Positions 30,874-38,807 of a stretch of 64,000 nucleotides of DNA are shown piece after piece; positions within the stretch are counted from its first letter, which is position 1, and every line of letters starts with the position of its first letter. The notes under the pieces were generated by a model that was given only the letters and a program-made list of their open reading frames with translations, did not search any database and was not told where the DNA came from. A program made the translations under genes and the position numbers. Location of the stretch: assembly GCA_965207065.1 (NCBI GenBank), contig OZ242260.1:3520001-3584000 (forward strand), written 5' to 3'. This DNA comes from a bacterium (GTDB lineage: Bacteria > UBA8248).

Positions 30874-31242
30874 CAAAGACATGCCGCGCAAATTGTTGCA
30901 AGCCGAAACGTGAGGCCTATACTTTTTGACGTGGCGAAGACCAACCGTGAAGAACTCGTAAGGGTTCTTCCTTTTTTTAAAGGGGAGGGGGAGGTTTGCT
31001 CTGTGACATGTCCCCACACCGACTCGCTTGCGGGCTTGCGCCCTTACCTCGTCGACTCCCCCTCAAGGGGGAGTGAATTTCCTCTCTCGTCGGTCTGCAA
31101 GAACTTGAAGGGCGGAAAGAAGTTTTCTCCCTACTCAATCGGTCCCACACGACGAATCATGAAATCGGAGTATTTCAACATCCCAACACGCGAGAAAATC
31201 CTCACCGAAGATGGATTAAATCTTTGAGTAGAAAAGAGCGGC

Positions 31243-31935
31243 TTAAAACTCACCTTGCGACGTGAGATTGAGATGCGACGGCACGCTTAAATCAAATTCG
31301 CTTGGGTGATATCCCACCTTTTTTGCGTTACGAATATATTTTGAAAAAATAATTGTGTTCATTGGCTTAGTATAATTTTCCCATCGAACTTTATCGTCAT
31401 CTCCATTCATTATTCCTTTGTCACTCGACAAGTCGAAGAGCTCAATTTCGTTGGGGATATTCCATATAACCGCTGGTATAACTTCTGCTATACCTTTCTT
31501 TTTTGGGGCGGGGTAGGTACAAACCAAATCCCAAGACCAAGGTATTTTGGGAAGTTTTCCACATGCAATGCCTATCCAATCCAACGCTTTCTCAAGTTCG
31601 TGTGCCTTAACCACGGCTTTGCCGTAGATCATATCTTTTTCCCAAGAGACATCACCATAAGTAATTGCCCCTCGTATCGGAAAACATTTTTCAATACCTC
31701 TCTCTAACAATAATTTGGAGAACCGGAAAAGGCGCATGACTCCGTCTTCAGAATCTTCTTCCTGTGCAAATATCGTGTCAGATGCCAGTTGGATATATTT
31801 AATGCCTGTTTCATCTCCGACATCTTTAACCAAACCAACCCAAGTGTTCATACGATCTGAGAGAATATCGTGTGATAAATTTGATGCGATATTTGAGAAG
31901 CCGAGAACATCAGCGACTAAGACATAGCTACTCAT
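31243..31935 (-). CDS. Divergent class III nucleotide cyclase-like hypothetical protein
   Basis: VADVLGFS (first Asp), ASDTIFA (second Asp), PIRGAITYGDV, YGKAVVKAHELEK; very low GC. Confidence 0.6.
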   Translation of the reverse strand: MSSYVLVADVLGFSNIASNLSHDILSDRMNTWVGLVKDVGDETGIKYIQLASDTIFAQEEDSEDGVMRLFRFSKLLLERGIEKCFPIRGAITYGDVSWEKDMIYGKAVVKAHELEKALDWIGIACGKLPKIPWSWDLVCTYPAPKKKGIAEVIPAVIWNIPNEIELFDLSSDKGIMNGDDDKVRWENYTKPMNTIIFSKYIRNAKKVGYHPSEFDLSVPSHLNLTSQGEF

Positions 31936-32090
31936 CAGGTTCTCCTCAAATTCTCTAAGGTGCTATAGAGTCGATGATTGCGTGGGATAAGGTGTGGGTA
32001 TGGGTTCGAATCTTTTTTCAGAATATCAATAAAATTTAACATTTATGATTCAGTTGTAATCCTGCCAGTAACAAACTAAAACCCGCTCCC

Positions 32091-32384
32091 TCAAGTCCAC
32101 CAGTCGACTGCGTAGGAACCGGCGAAGATAAGAGCGCCGAGTCCCAGGAGGCCCACGGCCGGCTTCGTCGCGCCGATGGAGAGCGCCCCCAGTGCGCCGC
32201 AGAGCATCAGAGCGCCCGTACCCCACATGACCTTCACGACAATGGCCTTGGCGTCGATGACGTTCAATGGCCTGTCGTCGCCGGAATCATCTGCGGGCTT
32301 CACTTCGGTTGTTCCTCCGCATGCGGCACAAGCATCACTGCCGGATATTTCAGCCCCGCATTCAGGGCAATGCGTCTCGGCCAT
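32091..32384 (-). CDS. Small zinc-ribbon membrane protein
   Basis: MAETHCPECGAEISGSDACAACG followed by two TM helices; AGGAAGG RBS. Confidence 0.7.
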   Translation of the reverse strand: MAETHCPECGAEISGSDACAACGGTTEVKPADDSGDDRPLNVIDAKAIVVKVMWGTGALMLCGALGALSIGATKPAVGLLGLGALIFAGSYAVDWWT

Positions 32385-32584
32385 GGCGTCTTCCTTCCTG
32401 AAACGGATGGCGGATAAAAGGCATTCGTAAAGAGAGCGGGATTCTCTCACAAGGCGGGGGAAGGGGAAACGCGCCTGCAAATTCTCCTCCAGGAAGACGC
32501 TCGCGCTTTTCGCCTTCGCGCGCCGTGTGTGATGATGAACAGGTCCATCCTGCTCACCAATAAAGCGAATGAGGAGCAACTGTC

Positions 32585-33502
32585 GTGCAATATGATATCG
32601 ACCCCGAGCGCGTCGTCGTCACCGAGCCCGTGCCGGGTTCCGAATACCCGGTTCACCTGATGTACGTCGAACTGCTCGACGGCGTCTATGCGCCGGTAGG
32701 TCTGAGGACGCCCGTTGGCGCTGGGCCGCACCCAACCGTATTGCTCGGGCGGGGGAACGGCGGGGGCGGCATGGCCTGGGTGCGCGAGGCGACCCGGAAC
32801 ATGGGCTGCATCCAGGAGCGCCTGCTCGCGGCGGGCTACGCCTGCGCCTGGCTGAGGTACCGCGCAGAAGTGGAGCTCGGCTACAACAACGGCGGCCGCC
32901 TCGTCGAGGACATGCGCCAGGGCCGCCAGCTCCTGAACCGCTCGCCGCTCGAGTATGAAGACGAGATCGCGATCATCGAATACATGAAGACGCTGCCCGA
33001 AGTGGACGGGGAGCGCATCGGCCTGATGGGCGTGAGCCACGCGGGCGAGATGATCCTCAAGCTCACATCTGAATACGGCGGCGCGCGCGCCTGCGTGGCC
33101 TGCGAACCGGCCTCCCATGAATTCCTCGACCTCTCACCGGACGATACCGCCTTCGTGAACGAGGAGACGCAGCTCAGAAACATCGAGTCCATGATGATGC
33201 AGGAGGTCGAGAAGGTGAGGGCGCGCATTAACGAAGCGTTGGCGCTCGAAAGAATAAGAAGTATTACAACGCCGATCCTCATCATGGGCCGGGATGAGGA
33301 TCACTTACAGGGCATCTTCCGCGCCACGTACGATCTGATGGTGCAGGCGGGGAGGGACGTCGAGTGGGCCTCATACGATCACCCGATGCACGGCTACATC
33401 TATCCCGAGCGGGGAGAGAACGGAGAATACGCCGTCGATGACACTCAGGAGGCGGCGATTGCGAAGTGCATCGCCTACTTGGACAAATACATGAAGAACT
33501 GA
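32585..33502 (+). CDS. Alpha/beta hydrolase (S9/dienelactone hydrolase-like)
   Basis: LPEVDGERIGLMGVSHAG, ILIMGRDED, HPMHGY. Confidence 0.75.
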   Translation: MQYDIDPERVVVTEPVPGSEYPVHLMYVELLDGVYAPVGLRTPVGAGPHPTVLLGRGNGGGGMAWVREATRNMGCIQERLLAAGYACAWLRYRAEVELGYNNGGRLVEDMRQGRQLLNRSPLEYEDEIAIIEYMKTLPEVDGERIGLMGVSHAGEMILKLTSEYGGARACVACEPASHEFLDLSPDDTAFVNEETQLRNIESMMMQEVEKVRARINEALALERIRSITTPILIMGRDEDHLQGIFRATYDLMVQAGRDVEWASYDHPMHGYIYPERGENGEYAVDDTQEAAIAKCIAYLDKYMKN

Positions 33503-33580
33503 GCTATACTAAGGCTCATCAACGCTTCGTGAGCACGAGACGTTCCCGAACATCCGCCTTGATGCCGGACACCGAAACTC

Positions 33581-35041
33581 ATGAAATCCCAGACGAGAAT
33601 TTTTTCATGTCTTGTGGATGACTTTCTCAAAACCGATTCGCTCATCGTTCCGACTACGGAAAATCTCAGGCTGGTCATTTCCCGCATGGCGGAGACGGGC
33701 GCAACGTGCGTTCTCGTGACGGACGAGGAAAACAAACTTTCAGGCATTTTCACGGAGAAAGACGTGACGCGCCGCGTCGCGCTGCGGTGCGACGGCTCGG
33801 AATCCATAGAGCAGGTGATGACGTCCCGCGTCTACTCCGCGAATCAGGGAGACTACCTCTATCACACCATTGCGCGCATGCGCCGCCTCGGCCACCGGCA
33901 CATGCCCGTTGTGGACGACGCGAACCGCCCCCTCGGACTGCTCGACCTCCAGGACGCCATGGCCGTGGCGGCCTCGCATGTGGTGGAACACATCGACGCA
34001 CTCACGCAGGTCCCTGAACTCTACGGCTTGCAAGAGGTGAAAGCCGTGCAGACAGTCGTGGCGCAGGAACTGCTCGAGGACAACCTCACCGCGCCTGAAA
34101 TTCAGGCGCTGCTCACCCACGTGAACAACGACATCTACCGCCGCGTGGCCGAAAAAGTGACGGGGACCATCGAAGCAGCAGGCGGGGGCGAACCGCCCGT
34201 ACGATACGCTGTGATCGTCATGGGCTCGAGCGGACGGGGGGAGAACTTCATCAACCCCGATCAGGACAACGGCATCATTTTCGAAGACTATCCCGTGGAG
34301 CGGCACAACGAAGTCAACGACTACTTCATCCAATTCTCGGAACTGCTGACCTGGAACCTCGAAGCCATCGGCTTCCCCCTGTGCGACGGCAACGTCATGG
34401 CCACGAACCCGCTTTGGCGCAAATCGATTTCCGAATGGAAGCAGCAGACCCTGCGCTGGTTCCAGAAGAGGAGCACGTTCCAGGTGCAGCTGAGCGATGT
34501 CTTTTTCGACTTCGACACCGTTTCCGGAGATCTCTCACTGGGCCAGGAGTTGCGGAATCACCTCACGACTTTCGTGCAGAAAGAACCAGCCGTGCTCCAG
34601 GCGATGTTCCAGACCGAGGCCGACAGACACGTCGCTCTGGGCCTGTTCGGCATCCTGCGAACGGAAAAAACGGGAGAGGGCCTGCCGCAGGCAATCAACC
34701 TGAAGCACGGGGGCATCCTTCCTCTGGTCGGAGCGGTGCGGCTGCTCGCCCTGAAAGAGGGTCTGGAGGCCACCTCCACCTACGAGCGCATCCGCCTGCT
34801 GCACGAGGCGGGGATTTTCAGCAATGATGAGGTCGATGATTACACCGCCGCCCTGGAAAATATGACGTTTATGCTGCTGCGACAACAACTCAGGGACTAC
34901 AGGCGTATCCGGAAGGCGACGCGCTACGTGAGGAAGGCGGCAATCTCACGCAGGGAGAAGCAGGTCCTCAAGATGTCTCTCAAGGCCATACGCTCGCTCA
35001 AGGATCGGGTGCGGACGGAGTTCACCGGCGAGATTCTCTGA
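33581..35041 (+). CDS. CBS-pair + DUF294 nucleotidyltransferase-like protein
   Basis: GIFTEKD/HRHMPVVD CBS pair; MGSSGRGE...DQDNGII; GFPLCDGNVMATNPLW; NLKHGGILP. Confidence 0.88.
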   Translation: MKSQTRIFSCLVDDFLKTDSLIVPTTENLRLVISRMAETGATCVLVTDEENKLSGIFTEKDVTRRVALRCDGSESIEQVMTSRVYSANQGDYLYHTIARMRRLGHRHMPVVDDANRPLGLLDLQDAMAVAASHVVEHIDALTQVPELYGLQEVKAVQTVVAQELLEDNLTAPEIQALLTHVNNDIYRRVAEKVTGTIEAAGGGEPPVRYAVIVMGSSGRGENFINPDQDNGIIFEDYPVERHNEVNDYFIQFSELLTWNLEAIGFPLCDGNVMATNPLWRKSISEWKQQTLRWFQKRSTFQVQLSDVFFDFDTVSGDLSLGQELRNHLTTFVQKEPAVLQAMFQTEADRHVALGLFGILRTEKTGEGLPQAINLKHGGILPLVGAVRLLALKEGLEATSTYERIRLLHEAGIFSNDEVDDYTAALENMTFMLLRQQLRDYRRIRKATRYVRKAAISRREKQVLKMSLKAIRSLKDRVRTEFTGEIL

Positions 35042-35056
35042 GACACTCTTTGTATA

Positions 35057-35674
35057 TCAGGATACGGGCGTCTTGAAGCGATCGAACACCCGCCCGAAGC
35101 GCCAGGCGTAGAACTCCACGCTCTCATACAGGCCGGCTCTGTTATAAGGTTCCTCCGCCCAGAATGCGCGCGCCGCCTCGATGTCGGGAAAATCGAACAA
35201 AAGCACGCTGCCGTTTCTTGTCTCGCCGTCGTCGGTGACCAGGGGGCCGCGCACCATCACCGAGTCGTCGTGCCCGGTCAGGTAGGCCTTGTGCTCTTCG
35301 TGCAGGCCCTTGCGGATCGCGCCCCCGTCCGCCTTGTCCAGGGCATGGACGTAGAATTGGAGGTTGCCCTCTTTGCGTGGGCAGTCGCGCCAGGAGTAGG
35401 GCACGGTGGCGCGCCAGCGATGTATGGAGGGCCGCTCCTGGATCCCCTCGATGATGAACGGCTCGTTCGCCACGTGCTCCTCCGCGGCGGAGCGGTCTGG
35501 AAGGTCCAGAATGCGGAAGCTGCCCAGTTCGAGCTTCTCGTCGTCGGTCAGGAACGGACCCGCGAAGCGCGTGACGTCATCGAACCCTTTCAGGTAATCG
35601 AGGTGCGCTTTTCTGTGAACGTCTCTTAGAGCGGCCGCTTCGGGCCTGTCGTAAATCTTGATGACGAATTCCAC
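35057..35674 (-). CDS. Tandem YciI-family protein
   Basis: Two repeats of R...R/H..H..YL...GP.LTDD...GS...EP(F/Y). GTG start near 35674. Confidence 0.85.
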   Translation of the reverse strand: MEFVIKIYDRPEAAALRDVHRKAHLDYLKGFDDVTRFAGPFLTDDEKLELGSFRILDLPDRSAAEEHVANEPFIIEGIQERPSIHRWRATVPYSWRDCPRKEGNLQFYVHALDKADGGAIRKGLHEEHKAYLTGHDDSVMVRGPLVTDDGETRNGSVLLFDFPDIEAARAFWAEEPYNRAGLYESVEFYAWRFGRVFDRFKTPVS

Positions 35675-35870
35675 GGATGATTTCCTTCTGATGAGAAGCA
35701 AAAACGTGTCGGTAATGACGTTTCAGTCAACAGTTCAGACGCACGGATTCTAAGCGCGGAAGCGTCAGGCCGCAATGGACGCAGCCGAACACATTAGGGC
35801 TCTTGAAGAAGCTATCCTCAAGGGAAACCTCCCCATGGCGCATTCGCCGCCCTTGTCCGTAATACCATCT

Positions 35871-36210
35871 TCATTCCGAGTAGGCGCGCTTGCGCGCCGT
35901 ATCGAGGTAGCGCCCTTCGATACGCCGCCTTCGGCGGCTACTCAGGGTGAGACAGATATGGTGGACAGGCAAAACGAGAGTTTGATGTGACTGATCAAGG
36001 AGCAGGAATCACTCCCCCCTTGAGGGTCGGTCTCCCTCGGGGAAGACCGACAACGAGACAAGGGCGGAGCCCGCAGGCGAGTTGGTGGGGGGTATAATTC
36101 GGAGTGGCGATAAAACGCATTTTACCCCCCACCGAATCGGCCTTCGCACAAAACGCTCGGTCTCTTCGTCGGCTTTCCCCTCGGGAAGCCGACCCTCAAG
36201 GGGGGAGTGA
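35871..36210. repeat. Two multi-hairpin palindromic elements
   Basis: tcattccgagtaggcgcgcttgcgcgccgtatcgagg / cccttcgatacgccgccttcggcggctactcagggtga (35871-35950); tcactccccccttgagggtcgg ... ccgaccctcaaggggggagtga (36009-36210). Confidence 0.75.
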
Positions 36211-36335
36211 AAGTCTTCTCTTCCAGGTCGGCAACTACTTCAAGGAGGGAGCAATTTCATCAGTTATTATCGAATGAGAAATCCAAATCCTACGTATGGT
36301 GGGGCTTTCTCAAACTCCTTTCGGGCAATTAGCCC

Positions 36336-37526
36336 TCACCCGTCGCAGCGGAACGCCTTCATCGGGAAGGTGTGCAGGGAGCGGAACCCCTCCCGGGTGA
36401 CGATCCCCATATCGCCCATCTGCACGCCCCGGCCTTCCGAGTCCATCGGGTTCGGCTGAATCACCATCACCATGTTTTCGCGGTACTTGAAATCGGCCGG
36501 CGGAGCGAGATAGTTCGAACCCCGGATGCCGATGGAGGGCTGGAGCAAGTCCGTGCCGAAGCCGTGGGCGAGGGAATCGTAGATCTGAAAACCCCTCTCT
36601 GGCAGCGGGTCCGTGGCCTCGAAGACGGCCTGCGCGGAATTGCCCGCCTTCATCGTTTTGCCCACGCCCTCGTACACCTCGACCGCAGCCTCGAGCAGCG
36701 CCTGATACGGAGGCGTCGGGTCCGCTCCGATAGTGAAGGTGCGAAGGCTCTGGCCCGCATAGCCATAATACGCTGCACTGATCTCCATGATGAGCACGTC
36801 GCCCACCTCAAGCTTTCGCCTCGTCGGGTTCTGCCAGGGGACGGGCGTGCGGGGATTCGCCATCGGCGTGGCCGTCACGAACTGCACCATCTGCTCGCCG
36901 CCCTGTTCCCGGAACGCGGCGGCCATCCGGCCCGACAGCTCGATTTCGGGAATGCCCGGCTTCGCGTGGGTGACGGCCGCCTCCATGGCGAGGTCCGTGA
37001 GCCGCGCCGCCTCGGTCAGCCACTCGATTTCCTCCTCGCTCTTTATCAGCCTTAAATCCCTGAATTTCGCGCTCACGTCCACCCACTGCGCCTCCGGAAA
37101 GCGCGATGTCAAATAGTCCATGTGCTCGAAGGGCAATAGAATCTTGAAGCGGGGGTTGATTCCCACCAGACCGATGCGCGCGTTCCCGAGCCCCAGGGCG
37201 TCGAGCTGGTCCGCCATGCGCTCGGGGTTGCCGTAAGCTCCGTGGCGCACGTCCTTGAAAATACACTGCATTTGCGCGTTATGAAGATGGTTGTAGAGAC
37301 CCGTGAACAGGGAAGGGAGGCCATCTTTCGGGAAAATCAGATAGCAGTGGTTGAAATCCCGGTAGCAGGATAGCCAGTAGATGTTCGCCTGAGCATTGCG
37401 GTTCGTGCCCCCCATGCCGAAGAACAAGAGAGTGTCCAGCCCTTCTTCTTCCATCAGGTCCTTCGCCGCCGCATGACGCCTGTTCATTTCTGCTTCCGAG
37501 AAACGCGGATACCAATCTTCTGCCAT
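36336..37526 (-). CDS. M24/creatinase-fold hydrolase
   Basis: FSEAEMNRRH, creatinase-type N-domain, LRLIKSEEEIEW, GYAGQSLRTF, HGFG; metal ligands degenerate. Confidence 0.85.
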   Translation of the reverse strand: MAEDWYPRFSEAEMNRRHAAAKDLMEEEGLDTLLFFGMGGTNRNAQANIYWLSCYRDFNHCYLIFPKDGLPSLFTGLYNHLHNAQMQCIFKDVRHGAYGNPERMADQLDALGLGNARIGLVGINPRFKILLPFEHMDYLTSRFPEAQWVDVSAKFRDLRLIKSEEEIEWLTEAARLTDLAMEAAVTHAKPGIPEIELSGRMAAAFREQGGEQMVQFVTATPMANPRTPVPWQNPTRRKLEVGDVLIMEISAAYYGYAGQSLRTFTIGADPTPPYQALLEAAVEVYEGVGKTMKAGNSAQAVFEATDPLPERGFQIYDSLAHGFGTDLLQPSIGIRGSNYLAPPADFKYRENMVMVIQPNPMDSEGRGVQMGDMGIVTREGFRSLHTFPMKAFRCDG

Positions 37527-37643
37527 GTCGCCTCCTTGCGCGATAATCCCTCGTGCGAGAGAATAATAATGTCATCGGAAATTTTAAGTATGCGCGGCGC
37601 ATTATAGCGAGCGCACCGAGAATATACGACCGGGAGGAAGCAT

Positions 37644-38738
37644 ATGAGCATCATCGGCCATGGCGTGATTTCAAGAAAAGCGGGTGAGCGCACGGAAGTC
37701 GAGGAAATCGAACTCGACTCCCCGGGTCCGGGCGAGGTGCTGGTGAAAATCCAGGCCAGCGGCGTCTGCCACACCGATTTGCACTACAAACTCGGAAAAA
37801 TCGGGGATGAATTCCCCTATCTTCTCGGCCATGAGGGCTCCGGGGTCGTCCAGGAAGTAGGGGAGGGCGTATCCGACCTCGCCGTGGGCGACTACGTCGT
37901 CCTGGCCTGGCGCGCTCCTTGCGGCGTGTGCCGGTTCTGCTCCATCGGCCAGCCCAACCTCTGCGCCGCCAGCCTGAATGCGGCCTCCAAGATGCGGGGG
38001 AAAAAAGACGGCCAGGCTTTAAGTCCCTCCCTCGGCATCGGTACGTTCTGCACGCACACCGTCGTAGCCGCGAAACAGGCGGTGAAAGTACCCACTGTCT
38101 GTACGCCGGAGCAGGCCTGCCTCATCGGCTGCGGCGTCATGACGGGCGTGGGCGCCTCGCTCTACACGGCGCAGGTGAGGCGCGGGAGCAGCGTGGCGGT
38201 GTATGGATGCGGCGGCGTGGGCTGCAGCGTCATCATGGGGGCGAAAATGTCGCGCGCAGCGAAAATCATCGCCGTCGATATCGCCGACAACAAACTCGCC
38301 TGGGCGAGGGAGTTCGGCGCGACCGACGTCGTCAATGCGTCTGAAACAGACCCGGTGGAAGCGATCAAGGACCTCACCGGCGGCAACGGCGTCGATTATT
38401 CCTTCGAGGCCGTGGGAACACCCCAGACGCTCCTGCAGGCCATGTGGTCGCGCGACCTGGCCGGCACCTGCACGCTCATCGGCGTGCCGGCGCCCGACAT
38501 GATGATGGAACTGCCCATGCTCCAGTTCTTCGGCCTGGGCGGCGCGCTGCGCGTCTGCTGGTATGGGGATTGTCTGCCTTCCAGGGATTTCCCGCTTCTT
38601 GCCGACTGGTATGAAAAAGGAGAGCTGGACCTCGACCGAATGGTCACGAAAGTCATCGGTCTCGAAGACGTGGAACCCGCTTTCGAGGCCATGGAGCGCG
38701 GCGAAACCCTGCGGTCCGTCATCCGGAATCCGGATTAG
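37644..38738 (+). CDS. Zn-dependent dehydrogenase, S-(hydroxymethyl)mycothiol dehydrogenase (MscR/AdhE2)-like
   Basis: GVCHTDLHY, DEFPYLLGHEG, WRAPCGVCRFC, LGIGTF, GCGGVG, RDLAGT, WYGDCLPSRDFP. Confidence 0.8.
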   Translation: MSIIGHGVISRKAGERTEVEEIELDSPGPGEVLVKIQASGVCHTDLHYKLGKIGDEFPYLLGHEGSGVVQEVGEGVSDLAVGDYVVLAWRAPCGVCRFCSIGQPNLCAASLNAASKMRGKKDGQALSPSLGIGTFCTHTVVAAKQAVKVPTVCTPEQACLIGCGVMTGVGASLYTAQVRRGSSVAVYGCGGVGCSVIMGAKMSRAAKIIAVDIADNKLAWAREFGATDVVNASETDPVEAIKDLTGGNGVDYSFEAVGTPQTLLQAMWSRDLAGTCTLIGVPAPDMMMELPMLQFFGLGGALRVCWYGDCLPSRDFPLLADWYEKGELDLDRMVTKVIGLEDVEPAFEAMERGETLRSVIRNPD

Positions 38739-38807
38739 GCAATACAAACAATCACATGAGATAGTTCATGTATCTTACTGTTTATATGTCTTCTTGAAAC
38801 TTATTAC

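Noticed and set aside
32001-32012. GGGTTCGAATC as a further tRNA gene
   Set aside because: Only a T-loop-like fragment with no cloverleaf; treated as part of the islet boundary.
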